Below are positions 49,208-59,635 of a DNA stretch of 64,000 bases, piece after piece. Below the pieces are notes generated by a model. It saw nothing but the letters and a program-made list of their open reading frames with translations, was not told the DNA's origin and did not search any database. Source of the stretch: a virus (Duplodnaviria > Caudoviricetes); IMG/VR virus record IMGVR_UViG_3300011559_000001, positions 1-64,000 of that record. One strand, written 5' to 3'. The position numbers and the translations under genes were made by a program. Every line of letters starts with the position of its first letter. Within the stretch, counting starts at the first letter, position 1.

Positions 49208-49882
49208 ATGAGCAACGTAATCGACATCAACGATCGCCTGGCCCGCCGTCAGCGCGACAATGACTTCAAGGAAGTCGGCCAGTTGGTTCGCCGCATCCTC
49301 GAGACGGCCATGGTCGACAGCGACTGGCCCCACCTGTTCGCCGGAGTCACTCAGCTTCCGATCATGGTCGACTGGCCCGATCGCGAATGGGCCACCTTCC
49401 GCCTGGATTCTCACCAGCTGGAGAAGGGTCCGGACAACGAACTGTTCGGAGCAGTCTACAGTTTCAACACCGACTACCGCCGTCAGTACGTGCCCGAGTT
49501 TGGCAACCAGACCATCGTCGAGATTCTCTCGATGCGTTTGGTGATGCGCGATGGCATCATCAAAAGCCCCGGTGTCGACGACTACACCAAGCAGGCCTTG
49601 ATGGACAAGCTGTTGGATTACGCCAATAGCTTCTCGCAGTTCACCAACACCAAGTTCGCTTTCCAGTTGGGCTTCTTGTCCAACCTGTTCAAGAACAACA
49701 CGATCATCGCCCCGAACGTGCGTGACGTGGATGGGAAGTGGGAGCTGACGGTGTGTGTCCCGGCGAACAATCCCGAAGCGGGCGCACACATGGTGGTGAC
49801 GCTGACCTTCGACTTCCTGCCGCTGGTGTTGGATCACATGGCCACGCAGTTCGTGCTGCAGTTGCCGGAGGACCAGGTCTAA
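49208..49882 (+). CDS. hypothetical protein
   Basis: 224-aa ORF. Confidence 0.7.
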   Translation: MSNVIDINDRLARRQRDNDFKEVGQLVRRILETAMVDSDWPHLFAGVTQLPIMVDWPDREWATFRLDSHQLEKGPDNELFGAVYSFNTDYRRQYVPEFGNQTIVEILSMRLVMRDGIIKSPGVDDYTKQALMDKLLDYANSFSQFTNTKFAFQLGFLSNLFKNNTIIAPNVRDVDGKWELTVCVPANNPEAGAHMVVTLTFDFLPLVLDHMATQFVLQLPEDQV

Positions 49883-50631
49883 TGACGCTGATCGTCGTGG
49901 ACAGTGGTCTGGTGCTGGCCGATTCCAATCGGGCCAGCTTTGCGGAGGGTAAGTTTCAGCAGACGGGCAAGATCACGCCCTACGACAAACCCATTCGCAA
50001 GTACAGCAAAGCGCTGGGCATTGAAGATGTGTTTGTCGGATTCTCCGGCACCGGCAATGATGAGGTGATCGAATACGCCGGTAACTCATTGAACAACGAT
50101 CTGACGTTGGACGCATGGAAGGAGTGCTACCGCTACGTCGATCAGTTGCGCTTCATCAACAGTATCACCACCTGCGCGATCATGCTGTTTGGCATGCGTG
50201 GTACGTTGTTCCTCAATGTGGTCTCCGGCGAGGTCACCATGACCTACGAGCCCTACAACGATTTCAAATTCGTCAGCATGGGTTCTGGTCAGGCCGCCTA
50301 CAAGCGCCTGCGCACTGAACTGGGCGATGATGCCTGTCCGGTGCGTACGATGCAGGGCGTCTTTGTGATGGAACCCACCTGCGGCGGCGCTATCGAAGTC
50401 TGGGCACTGCCCACTGCCACCCGCGGTAAGAACTCCCACCTGCGCAGGATTACCGTCCACGGTGAACTGCCGATCCCGGCCCTGTTCAAGCAGCTGGCCA
50501 AACCCAACCAGAAACACCACCCCGAGGAAATGAAAGCATGGGACTCCTTTCGAAAGACACCTTCGCCAAAAAGCTCGCCAAGGCGCTCAAGGGCAAAGAC
50601 TTCGCTGAGCTCGCCCGCGTCTCCGGCGTGA
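49882..50631 (+). CDS. Ntn-hydrolase (HslV/proteasome-beta-like) protein
   Basis: N-terminal MT, LADS, GFSG, MGSG, TCGG. Confidence 0.6.
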   Translation: MTLIVVDSGLVLADSNRASFAEGKFQQTGKITPYDKPIRKYSKALGIEDVFVGFSGTGNDEVIEYAGNSLNNDLTLDAWKECYRYVDQLRFINSITTCAIMLFGMRGTLFLNVVSGEVTMTYEPYNDFKFVSMGSGQAAYKRLRTELGDDACPVRTMQGVFVMEPTCGGAIEVWALPTATRGKNSHLRRITVHGELPIPALFKQLAKPNQKHHPEEMKAWDSFRKTPSPKSSPRRSRAKTSLSSPASPA

Positions 50632-50837
50632 GTCAGGTCCGCATCAACGAACTGCTCACCGGTGAAGAGCCGACGATGCGCGAGATCCACCAGCTCGCCG
50701 AAGCGGCCAACGTCAAGGCCAAGCCGCTGACTGATGCGGCCATGGACGACATCGCCGCTACCTCGGGTGAGTTGCCCGAATCCAAGCCGGCCCGTCCGGT
50801 CACCAGCTCGCCGATGCAGGCCAAGAACAACTGGTAA
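50538..50837 (+). CDS. XRE-family HTH protein
   Basis: FAELARVSGVSQVRINELLTG..PT...LA. Confidence 0.75.
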   Translation: MGLLSKDTFAKKLAKALKGKDFAELARVSGVSQVRINELLTGEEPTMREIHQLAEAANVKAKPLTDAAMDDIAATSGELPESKPARPVTSSPMQAKNNW

Positions 50838-50846
50838 GGGCCGATC

Positions 50847-51188
50847 ATGCAGGAATTGACTCCGCCGGACCTTCAGGCCGCTGGCAAGTGCTGGCTGATC
50901 CGTCGCTCACCCGGTTGCGGTTGCTGTCCGCACGAGGCGACCTACTACGGTCCGTGGCTTGACCGCAAGGGGGCTGACGAATACGTCGAGCACACCCTCA
51001 AGCGCGAGGCCGATGGGCACTACAAGAACCGCACCTTCGATGTGAAGGAAGTCCCCTACGAGATCGCCGGGCGCTACATCGTCTTGAACGAACGCTACGC
51101 CATCACCGAACAGTTCATCGACGCGGAAGGCTCGGAGAACTATTACAAGCAGCTGGACGACTACGAGAAGTTGTTTAGTTACTGGTAA
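50847..51188 (+). CDS. hypothetical protein
   Basis: GCGCC motif; operonic. Confidence 0.6.
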   Translation: MQELTPPDLQAAGKCWLIRRSPGCGCCPHEATYYGPWLDRKGADEYVEHTLKREADGHYKNRTFDVKEVPYEIAGRYIVLNERYAITEQFIDAEGSENYYKQLDDYEKLFSYW

Positions 51189-51281
51189 GCGGTATTGTAT
51201 GTAACAGTGGTGCCCTCCTAGTCTAGGCTAGGAGGGTATTATCCTTTCTATGCCGTCCACCCAACCGCCAGGAGCAAAACC

Positions 51282-51608
51282 ATGTCCTACGATCAGAAAG
51301 CAATCGAAAAGCAGCAGAACGATGCCGTCACCAACTTCGTCACCGAAGCGCTGACCCAGCGTACCCAGCACCTGTTCCCGCAGATCGCTGCCGCGGACCT
51401 GCCCAAGGTCGTGGAGATCATCCACGAAGACATGCGCAAGAACTCCAAGCCGAAGCTGCACGGGAAGGGTCTGTCGGCCTACGGCCTGGACGACGACGCC
51501 TCGATCGCCAAGATCGCCAGCATGCAGGGGTCGATCTCGGCAGCCATCGTCGGCCTGGGTTCGGATGTCATGGAACCCGGTGCGGTCGATCTGATCATGT
51601 GGCGCTGA
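51282..51608 (+). CDS. hypothetical protein
   Basis: AGGAG RBS. Confidence 0.7.
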   Translation: MSYDQKAIEKQQNDAVTNFVTEALTQRTQHLFPQIAAADLPKVVEIIHEDMRKNSKPKLHGKGLSAYGLDDDASIAKIASMQGSISAAIVGLGSDVMEPGAVDLIMWR

Positions 51609-51653
51609 CCCATCCGGCCCCTAGCAATTGCTAGGGGCCTCCTAGGAGCTTTT

Positions 51654-52001
51654 ATGTTCGATCTTTCTCTCGGCACGGTCCACGGTCAGGGTGATGTCTC
51701 TGGCCACATCTTCGCCTGTCGTCCGGATGATCCCGGTCGTGACGGTGTGGTGCGGCTGGAGTTCTACGCGCAGGCCAACGCGCACAAGGAGTCCTATCTC
51801 AACAAGTCCTCCCACACCTTCGAGATCGGCTTTCGTATCACCAACCTGCACGACTACCAGCAGTCGCCACTGTCCATGGAACTGGAGCAGGTCCACATCC
51901 ATCTGCTGCCGTTGGTGCGTCGCCACTTTGAACTGCAGATGATCCTGATGAATCACGCAAGCAAGTGGGAACTGCGCATCGGCAGTATCGACTGGCGTTA
52001 A
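51654..52001 (+). CDS. hypothetical protein
   Basis: AGGAG RBS; paralogue of next gene (C.PD.P..G.V.L..H T..F.ITNL). Confidence 0.65.
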   Translation: MFDLSLGTVHGQGDVSGHIFACRPDDPGRDGVVRLEFYAQANAHKESYLNKSSHTFEIGFRITNLHDYQQSPLSMELEQVHIHLLPLVRRHFELQMILMNHASKWELRIGSIDWR

Positions 52002-52010
52002 GGAGAGTAC

Positions 52011-52355
52011 ATGTCCATCTCCACCGAATTGTTGTACACGCCTTGGCGCCACGGAATCATTGCCATCTGTCAGCCCGACCATCCGGACTGTAAGGGCTTT
52101 GTGGAATTGGGCTGGCATCTACCCATTTCGAAATCCCCGCATCTGAATTTCCCACCTGACCGTGAGCGGAAGCGTAAGGTTCACCACACCCTGCGGCTGT
52201 ATTTCAAGATCACCAATCTAGAAAAGGACATGGGCGGCGATCTTGAAGAACGACGCGAACAGCTGAAGCGGCCCTTAGGAATGCACGTCGTGTCGTGTAT
52301 GTCTCAGGTCGGCGATAGCAACAATCTGAGTGTCCTTTCTTACAACTGGCTTTAA
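52011..52355 (+). CDS. hypothetical protein
   Basis: AAGGAG RBS; paralogue of previous gene. Confidence 0.65.
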   Translation: MSISTELLYTPWRHGIIAICQPDHPDCKGFVELGWHLPISKSPHLNFPPDRERKRKVHHTLRLYFKITNLEKDMGGDLEERREQLKRPLGMHVVSCMSQVGDSNNLSVLSYNWL

Positions 52356-52420
52356 GTATCGGGTGAAAACTTACGGGTAAGCGGGATTCTACGTATCCCG
52401 CTATGCCCTCTGGAAACGTC

Positions 52421-54160
52421 ATGTCCTTGAAGATTGAACAACGTATCGTACCCACGTACAACGATGCGGATTGGCCCGCTTCGATTCCGCCTGTGATCAG
52501 GCGGATTTATGCTGCACGTGGCTCGGTACGTCCGGAGTCGGTGGAGCACACCCTGTCCAAGATGCTGCACTGGAATCAGCTCGGCGGTATTATGGAAGCG
52601 GCCAAAGTGATCGCCCAGGCCATCCAAGAGCAGTGGCACATCACGATCTCGGGCGACTACGACTGCGACGGTGCTACGGGCACCTCCGTCGGTTACCGGG
52701 GACTGAAGCTGCTGGGTGCACGTAATGTCAAGTACATCGTCCCCAACCGCTTCAAGCACGGCTACGGCCTGAGCCCAGCACTGGTGGATGACATGGACCC
52801 AGCCACCCAGCTGGTGATCACCGTGGACTCAGGGGTCACCAACGTAGAAGGTGTGGCCCGTGCCAAAGAACTGGGCCGTAAGGTGGTGATCACCGACCAT
52901 CACTTGCCCGGTGACGTCCTGCCTGATGCTGATGCCATCGTCAATCCGAACCTGCGCGGTGATCCGTTCCCGTCCAAGGCACTGGCTGGGGTGGGCGTGA
53001 TGTTCTACGTGATTCTGGCCACACGCAGTATCTTGCGCATGACCGATGACCCGCAGCGTGGCGAACCGGAACTGGCTGAACTGCTGGATCTGGTCTCCTT
53101 GGGTACGATCGCCGATCTGGTGCCGCTGGATCAGAACAATCGCATTCTGGTCGCCGCCGGTCTGCGTCGCATCCGTGCTGGCAAGATCAGTCCGGGCCTG
53201 AAGGCCCTGATTGAAAAGGCCGGTAAAGACATCCGTGAGCTGACTGCCACCGACTTTGCGTTCGCCGTGGGTCCGCGCTTGAATGCAGCCGGCCGCATGG
53301 ATGACATGTCCGTGGGCATCACGGCACTGGTCAGCACTGAACCCCAGCAGATCACTTACTACGTGGACATGCTGGAGGACATCAACGATTCGCGCAAAGA
53401 ACGCCAACAGGAGATGATTGGTGAGGCAGAACAATTGCTTGCCAACGCCGGCACCGGTACGTCCCGGGCGGTGGTTGTATACGACCCCAAATGGCACTCT
53501 GGAATCGTGGGGCTCGTTGCCTCCAAACTCAAAGAGTCTCTCCATCGGCCCATCATTGCGCTGGCTCCGGCCGAACCCGGCTCCACCGAGTTGCGAGGCT
53601 CAGCTCGCTCGATTCCTGGATTCCATCTGCGCGATGCCCTAGCGCTGGTGGATGCCCGCAACCCGGGGTTGATGAAGAAGTTCGGTGGACACGCCATGGC
53701 CGCTGGCCTGAGCATGGACATCACCAAGGTGGATGCGTTCATCAAGGCCTTTGAGTCGGTGGGCGATGAGATGATCACCGATGAGATGCTCAACGCGGTG
53801 ATCGCAACCGACGGTGAGTTACCTGAAGGGTGTCTGACCACGCAGTTCATTGACTTGCTCAATGCCTGCGGTCCGTGGGGTCAGGGGTTCCCGATGCCGA
53901 TGTTTGAAAACGTCTTTGACATTGACGGTGAGTTCTGCCGGGTGTTGAAGGAAAAACATCTGAAGCTGGCCTTGATCGATCCGCGCGATGGCACCTACGT
54001 AGAGGGGATTCATTTCTTCTCTGAGTTTGTGGACAAGATCCCGCACCGAGCCAAGATCGTCTTTGAGTTGTCGGTCAACGCCTACAAGGGCAATCGCAAT
54101 CCGCAGTTGATGATCCGCCATATCCACCCCATCGAAACACCCACCCTGTCCCTTGCTTGA
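52421..54160 (+). CDS. recJ: single-stranded-DNA exonuclease RecJ
   Basis: GDYDCDG, TVDSG, TDHH, GTIAD, PRLNAAGR, GSARS, FGGHAMAAG. Confidence 0.96.
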   Translation: MSLKIEQRIVPTYNDADWPASIPPVIRRIYAARGSVRPESVEHTLSKMLHWNQLGGIMEAAKVIAQAIQEQWHITISGDYDCDGATGTSVGYRGLKLLGARNVKYIVPNRFKHGYGLSPALVDDMDPATQLVITVDSGVTNVEGVARAKELGRKVVITDHHLPGDVLPDADAIVNPNLRGDPFPSKALAGVGVMFYVILATRSILRMTDDPQRGEPELAELLDLVSLGTIADLVPLDQNNRILVAAGLRRIRAGKISPGLKALIEKAGKDIRELTATDFAFAVGPRLNAAGRMDDMSVGITALVSTEPQQITYYVDMLEDINDSRKERQQEMIGEAEQLLANAGTGTSRAVVVYDPKWHSGIVGLVASKLKESLHRPIIALAPAEPGSTELRGSARSIPGFHLRDALALVDARNPGLMKKFGGHAMAAGLSMDITKVDAFIKAFESVGDEMITDEMLNAVIATDGELPEGCLTTQFIDLLNACGPWGQGFPMPMFENVFDIDGEFCRVLKEKHLKLALIDPRDGTYVEGIHFFSEFVDKIPHRAKIVFELSVNAYKGNRNPQLMIRHIHPIETPTLSLA

Positions 54161-54171
54161 AGGAAGAAGCA

Positions 54172-54471
54172 ATGTTCATGATCCATGACGGCGAGCGCCT
54201 GCTGGAGCCGGAAGAAGCAGCCAAAGAGTTTGCGAAGATCCTGCGCAGTCGTCCCAAAGCCATGCTGGACAAATACCGGTTGGTGCTGCCGCATGGCGGG
54301 CATAAAACCAACAACACCTACTCAACCGTCGTGTCGATGCTGGGTGCCATCTGCGGACACACCCAACGGTTGCGGGGGCGCTATGTCCATTCCCGCAAGG
54401 GTAAGTACCTGCGCCGCCATACGCAGCGTATCAGTTGGCTGGACGATGGCCAGTACAGGGCGTGGCCATGA
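54172..54471 (+). CDS. hypothetical protein
   Basis: Operonic ORF. Confidence 0.55.
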   Translation: MFMIHDGERLLEPEEAAKEFAKILRSRPKAMLDKYRLVLPHGGHKTNNTYSTVVSMLGAICGHTQRLRGRYVHSRKGKYLRRHTQRISWLDDGQYRAWP

Positions 54472-54929
54472 TGAACTATCCCCAACAGGACCAAGACGGT
54501 CACCTGTTGATGACCGCACTGTGCAAGTTGATGCCTCCTGCCGGCACCTATCCGGAAGGGGTGGCCGATTACACCCTCGGTCATTGGAGCTTCCCTCCTG
54601 AACTGATGGCAGAGCGTAAGCTCATGGGTCATCGACCGCAGGGTAAATGGTTACCCGATACGGAAGTCACTCACGTGCTGGGTCAGTTCGGTCCGGGCAC
54701 TGACGGCTTCGGCTTGCTCCGAATGGCCACCGACGTCAGTGCGTTGTACAATGAGTTGTGTGAGCAGCTCTACGCCGCACCGACGCTCATTGACCCTGTG
54801 GCCGGGATCGTTCGTTGGCCCAAGATTGCGCGGTTGGGTTGGACGGAGAACGGTGTGCTGTTCACGGTACATCTCATCGTTGCCCACTTCCAGTATCACC
54901 ACAATCCTTATCGAGAGAGGACTTCCTGA
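54468..54929 (+). CDS. hypothetical protein
   Basis: ATGA coupling. Confidence 0.6.
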   Translation: MMNYPQQDQDGHLLMTALCKLMPPAGTYPEGVADYTLGHWSFPPELMAERKLMGHRPQGKWLPDTEVTHVLGQFGPGTDGFGLLRMATDVSALYNELCEQLYAAPTLIDPVAGIVRWPKIARLGWTENGVLFTVHLIVAHFQYHHNPYRERTS

Positions 54930-55609
54930 TGCATCAGATTACCTTGATGTCGCTGGACTTCAGCGCCCAGTACGTGCGTGATGCGGCCTTTGCCGACATT
55001 CCCTTTGCCGAGGCCATGTCGCGCAACGGGGTGACCCTGAGCGTGTGCAACGAGCGGCTGGAAAAGCACCTGCTAGAAGATGACAACCAGTACGATGCCA
55101 TCGTGGCCCCGGGCAACAGCTACGGGCACATGACCGGCGGCTTTGACGGGGCGCTGGTGAACGTGTTCGGTGAGGCCTTGGATGAGCGCGTGCGTGCGCA
55201 TATCGAACTGGCCTGGTGTGGTGAGCTGCCGGTGGGCAATGCTCGGATGTTTGAGATGACCGAGCCGTACGCCAACTGGATCGTCTACAGCCCCACCATG
55301 CGCATCCCGTGCATCCTGCCCGACAACAGCCAGGCCCCGTACGTGGCTACGCTGGCAGCGATGCAGCGCATCAAGCGCTTCAACCAGAACAAGCCCAAGC
55401 TGCTCTCCAACATCAGCAGCATCTTGCTGCCAGTGATGGGCATGGGTACGGGCATGCTCAAGCGTGACTACGTGGCCCGCCAGATGCAGCTGGCCCTGAT
55501 CCGTGCCATCGATTGCCCCAAGGTCCGTGAACTGGGCACTGACGGCCATCGCTGGGAGCAGGCCATCACCGACCTGCTGGACCCCAACTTCCACACCGGA
55601 CAGCTGTGA
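54929..55609 (+). CDS. macrodomain (ADP-ribose processing) protein
   Basis: DAIVAPGNSYGHMTGGFDGAL, SPTMRIP, PVMGMGTG. Confidence 0.85.
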   Translation: MHQITLMSLDFSAQYVRDAAFADIPFAEAMSRNGVTLSVCNERLEKHLLEDDNQYDAIVAPGNSYGHMTGGFDGALVNVFGEALDERVRAHIELAWCGELPVGNARMFEMTEPYANWIVYSPTMRIPCILPDNSQAPYVATLAAMQRIKRFNQNKPKLLSNISSILLPVMGMGTGMLKRDYVARQMQLALIRAIDCPKVRELGTDGHRWEQAITDLLDPNFHTGQL

Positions 55610-55610
55610 T

Positions 55611-56030
55611 ATGTCAAGTCCTCTTCAGATTAAGATCACCGCCCACATCCTGGAAGTGCTGACCAAGCTGGCACAGAACCATCGTGCCACTCCGGGCGTG
55701 GAGGTCAAGGCCGAGCTCGACCAGTTCTATCGCTTCTTGCCGGAAGTCCACCACGAGCGCTTCAAGGCTGATTTCCACAACGCAGCGCAGTTCCGCACCT
55801 ACGGTCAGTTTGCAGCGACCGATGAGGCCATCTCGGTGAACTTCCTGCCGATGTATGCCAACTTCGTCGGTGCGCAGTTGGCCGTGGTGCTGGAGCAGTA
55901 TATCCCCGAGTCGATCCCCACCAAGCTGGTCATCACGATCAGTCCGGAAGGGTTGGGTCAGATTGAGTTCCACTGGGCCTACTCGATGGTGCTGCGCGCC
56001 ACCAACCCCAACACCCACGCCCAGTACTGA
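55611..56030 (+). CDS. hypothetical protein
   Basis: Operonic ORF. Confidence 0.6.
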   Translation: MSSPLQIKITAHILEVLTKLAQNHRATPGVEVKAELDQFYRFLPEVHHERFKADFHNAAQFRTYGQFAATDEAISVNFLPMYANFVGAQLAVVLEQYIPESIPTKLVITISPEGLGQIEFHWAYSMVLRATNPNTHAQY

Positions 56031-56047
56031 CAACACGAGGTTGTACC

Positions 56048-56512
56048 ATGAGCGAACTGCAAGCAGTGAGCGGTGCGGAAATAAAGAAGAACGTCATCGA
56101 GTGGCAACCGAAGTGGCCCAACGTCAAGAACCTGGGTGGTGCTCTCAAGGAACTGGTCGACGGTGAGTACTCCGAGTGGCGTGCGGCGCAAGGGGAAGAC
56201 TTCAATGAGCCGGTCCATCTGATTGCCCACGTGCGGGATTGGCCCTACCCCTTCGTTGTGGACTTTATGCAGCGCCTGCCGGTGTTCGTCAAGCTCACCG
56301 GGTTTGCCACCATCGAAGTCAGGGGACCGGTTGCGCCGGCCGACCGTACCGATGAGCAGTGGCATGCTGAAACCCAGCGCGTGCTGCGTTCGCTCAACGG
56401 TCCGGAGGTGTGGATCTCCCAGAACGGTGGTGCGATTCTCTCCAAGCAGTGCATCATCACACTGGTGGAGGAACTGCACAAGCGCGCTTTCCCCACCACA
56501 AAGGACACCTGA
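56048..56512 (+). CDS. hypothetical protein
   Basis: GAGG RBS. Confidence 0.6.
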   Translation: MSELQAVSGAEIKKNVIEWQPKWPNVKNLGGALKELVDGEYSEWRAAQGEDFNEPVHLIAHVRDWPYPFVVDFMQRLPVFVKLTGFATIEVRGPVAPADRTDEQWHAETQRVLRSLNGPEVWISQNGGAILSKQCIITLVEELHKRAFPTTKDT

Positions 56513-56853
56513 TGGAACGCCAAGCGGCCTTTAGTGAGATCTTCTTCCCCACCAAAGCCTATGGTCGCGCGACCGAGACCAACGTCGGTCCCGGACAGCT
56601 GCCGGCACTGCTGGCTAGCAGGCCTGAAACCTGGGATGTGGTAAAGTCGTCGGCAGCGGCGTATCTGCGCGGCCGTTACGTACAGCGCCGTAAGGGTCGT
56701 CACACCCGTCAAGGCGTTAAACTCAAGCCCACCCAGATCGACTTTGTGGTGGACATCACCAACGAGCGCCGTGGTGCGGATACCCAAGGTCGACCCACCT
56801 TCCAGATCGGTAGCGAAGAAACGCTGGTGGTCCACAAGACCCTCAAGCCGTGA
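56512..56853 (+). CDS. hypothetical protein
   Basis: TGATG coupling. Confidence 0.6.
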   Translation: MERQAAFSEIFFPTKAYGRATETNVGPGQLPALLASRPETWDVVKSSAAAYLRGRYVQRRKGRHTRQGVKLKPTQIDFVVDITNERRGADTQGRPTFQIGSEETLVVHKTLKP

Positions 56854-57191
56854 CTCGGCCGGAGGAAGTGACGTGGCGCATGCGCGTACGTGTGGATAAG
56901 GGACGGCCTAAGTTCCTGCCTGCGTTTCTCGCTTATGGCGTCGAAGAGGTCAAGGTGGCCAATTCGTTGCCGACCATCCTCAACCACATCAAGGATGAGT
57001 ACATCCAGAACAAGGGACGTATTGCTCTGAGCTTTACCCGCAACGGCGAAGAGTTCTACACCTTGAATACCTCGTTCTTTGAATCGGCCGAAACCTTCAT
57101 CGAGAAATGTCAGGAGCGCATTACCTGGTTCTGTGCGCACCATGAGATCCCGCTGAAGGAAAAGAACTACAGCCTTGTACCCACCCGCTAA
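56850..57191 (+). CDS. hypothetical protein
   Basis: Coupled ORF, terminator after. Confidence 0.6.
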   Translation: MTRPEEVTWRMRVRVDKGRPKFLPAFLAYGVEEVKVANSLPTILNHIKDEYIQNKGRIALSFTRNGEEFYTLNTSFFESAETFIEKCQERITWFCAHHEIPLKEKNYSLVPTR

Positions 57192-57259
57192 TCGAGCAGC
57201 ATAAAACCCCAGCCCTACGGGGCTGGGTCATTTCCTTTTCTTTTGGAAGAAAGTCACAG

Positions 57260-58426
57260 ATGAAGAACACCGTATTTACTGCATTGGGCTCCTATCAGTT
57301 CCATGGTCAGCTGGAGAGCAAGCGCTATTTCGAAGCGCGTGGTAAGGCCGAGGCGGTGGAAAGGAATGTGGGCGAACCGCAGACCACGATCACTTGTGGT
57401 ATTGCCTCGACGATGGGCGCATTGGATTACGGCTACCTACTGGCCCACTACCTGATCCAGCCGGAGCGGGAACTGCTGTCCTATCCCCAGCGTGATCTCT
57501 GGAGTGGCCTGGGTGAGGAAACCAACCGCGACGCACTGGCCTTCAAGCTGGCCACGCTGCTGGCACCGGTGGGGTCGCAGTGGAAGCACTACAACCGCCC
57601 CGAAACCTACGAAGTGTTGGCCGTGGCGCGTTACTACGACCGCAACGAACAGTTCGTGGTGTTCTGCAACGCCAGCAACCGGGCCGAGATCTGGATGCGT
57701 ACGGTGGATGACTTCTTCGATCGTGTACGCATCCCCGGCAGTCTCAATCCGCCGGAGGTGGGTGACGGTTGGCGCTTTGTGCGCATCGACGAAGTGGGGG
57801 ACATCGCCACCACCGAAGAGCAGTTTGCCCAGCAGCTGACCGAGCTCTACACGACCAGCCGCGATACGATCATCCGCGAGCAGCAGGCCATGACCCGCAA
57901 GCTGTTCAGTCGCTACCTCAAGCACCTCGGCTCCAAGATCAAGTTCATCTGCGCCAACAACTACAGCAGTGGCTCGATCGAGCTGGTGTACGAGGACGCC
58001 ACCACCACTCCGACCTCGCTGTGGATCAACTTGGACAAGGACGATCCCAATCCGGGCCAGACCATCTTGTTCATGTTTGAGCAGGTAGTTCAGCGGGTGG
58101 ATTCCATCCAGTATGTCCTGGACCGCGCCGAAAGCGAAGTGAAGGCAATGCGCGCCACCCGGCAGCTGGCCGCTGTGATGCCGGAAAATCAGAAAGACTT
58201 CGATGAGATGATGCAGCACATCGCTGGCGGTTTCTTCAAGAAGCTGCATGCCGTCTTTGAAACGGTGGCCGTCAGCTTCACCAAGGACCACACCACCGGT
58301 ACGTTCCAGCTGCTCATCCAGATCCCGAGTAGCCACAGCAACCGCACGCTCTTCAGCAAGTTCAACGCTGTTGAAGAGAACGAAGACATGGTCATTCGTC
58401 GTACGTGGGAATTGCCCAAGGAGTAA
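57260..58426 (+). CDS. hypothetical protein containing a DUF1653-like domain
   Basis: WKHY..YEVLAVA..E..VVF..IWMR..DF..RF. Confidence 0.65.
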   Translation: MKNTVFTALGSYQFHGQLESKRYFEARGKAEAVERNVGEPQTTITCGIASTMGALDYGYLLAHYLIQPERELLSYPQRDLWSGLGEETNRDALAFKLATLLAPVGSQWKHYNRPETYEVLAVARYYDRNEQFVVFCNASNRAEIWMRTVDDFFDRVRIPGSLNPPEVGDGWRFVRIDEVGDIATTEEQFAQQLTELYTTSRDTIIREQQAMTRKLFSRYLKHLGSKIKFICANNYSSGSIELVYEDATTTPTSLWINLDKDDPNPGQTILFMFEQVVQRVDSIQYVLDRAESEVKAMRATRQLAAVMPENQKDFDEMMQHIAGGFFKKLHAVFETVAVSFTKDHTTGTFQLLIQIPSSHSNRTLFSKFNAVEENEDMVIRRTWELPKE

Positions 58427-58430
58427 GTCC

Positions 58431-58805
58431 ATGAAGTGGTATCAGCGCGTGCTGGTGCCGATCGTGTACTGGATCAAGGTCATCTGGGGGAAGGTCTTTC
58501 CTTCCCCCAAAGTCCTCCAGTTCCCAGCTGAGTTGATGCCCATCCTGCAGCTGGGAACCATCGCAATGCGCTATTGCGAGTACATCGAACGCAGTCCGGA
58601 AAATCTCGCCCTCTCCAAGAAGTTGGAACTGGTCATTCAAGGTCAGGCCGATCAAGACACCCTCAATCACGTCCGAAAAGTGCTCGCCAGTGACTCTGTC
58701 ATTGATGCCACCTTCGACTGGTTGGTCGATCTTCAAGACGCCCAAGAGTACGATCGGGAAGGTTTTAAGGCCTTTTTGACCTTGCCTCCAAAAACCAGAA
58801 ACTGA
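58431..58805 (+). CDS. hypothetical protein
   Basis: AAGGAG RBS. Confidence 0.6.
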   Translation: MKWYQRVLVPIVYWIKVIWGKVFPSPKVLQFPAELMPILQLGTIAMRYCEYIERSPENLALSKKLELVIQGQADQDTLNHVRKVLASDSVIDATFDWLVDLQDAQEYDREGFKAFLTLPPKTRN

Positions 58806-58865
58806 CTCGCCTATAGGTATGAGCTCGAACTCATTACCTGCCTTCACACATCCAAGGAACCCACC

Positions 58866-59213
58866 GTGGAAATCACCAAACTCACCTCGATCGACGCCCT
58901 CAATGCCTTCACCGCTGACAACGAAAACGCCCTGCTGATCATCTCGCGCAATGCCTGCGCCGGCTGCAATGCCCTGGACGGTGCCCTGAAGACCAACGCC
59001 GAGCTGCAAGCTGCGCTGGCCGGTGTCCAGGTCGCTGTGGTCAAGCTGGAAGACGTGCCGACCATCGCCAGCACCTTCGGCCTGCGCATGGCCCCGAGCA
59101 TGATCCTGTTCCGCGAAGACGACGAGGTTGCCCGCCTCACCGGCTTTGAAGGCGCCAGCAAGCTGATCAACGCCGCCCGCGAGCACTTCGCTGCGCTGGC
59201 TGCGGCTGCGTAA
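58866..59213 (+). CDS. thioredoxin-like protein
   Basis: CAGC active site, cis-Pro (APS), thioredoxin-sized. Confidence 0.85.
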   Translation: MEITKLTSIDALNAFTADNENALLIISRNACAGCNALDGALKTNAELQAALAGVQVAVVKLEDVPTIASTFGLRMAPSMILFREDDEVARLTGFEGASKLINAAREHFAALAAAA

Positions 59214-59326
59214 ACGAACGAGAAGAGTCCTTGGTCCCGCTCCCGTTGGGGGGCGGGACTTTTGCCCGCCTCACTTATTTTTTGAGGTAGGCACCTGAGC
59301 CTATGTAGCCGACAAGAGTGGCCATT

Positions 59327-59635
59327 ATGCAACTGCAAGACAAACCGATTGCCATCAACCACCGGATGGGAAAGATCGGGCTGCACACGGTGGCAACCAA
59401 GCAAGCAGTCCTGCGTGTGCGAGCGCTGCCTGATGGCACGCTGGAGACGCTGGGACGCACCTACGGCGGCGCCTGGGACACTGAGAGTGTCACTGCGCAT
59501 CCCCAGTTCCTGGAGGCCGTACGCAGCTTCCTGAGCGCTCGTAGCGATACGGGCTACTACTACATCGAACAGCAGAACCTGCAGATCGTCAACCGGCGGT
59601 TTGTCAACTGCAAACAACCCAAGGCACCTCAATAA
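59327..59635 (+). CDS. hypothetical protein
   Basis: ORF coupled to next. Confidence 0.55.
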   Translation: MQLQDKPIAINHRMGKIGLHTVATKQAVLRVRALPDGTLETLGRTYGGAWDTESVTAHPQFLEAVRSFLSARSDTGYYYIEQQNLQIVNRRFVNCKQPKAPQ

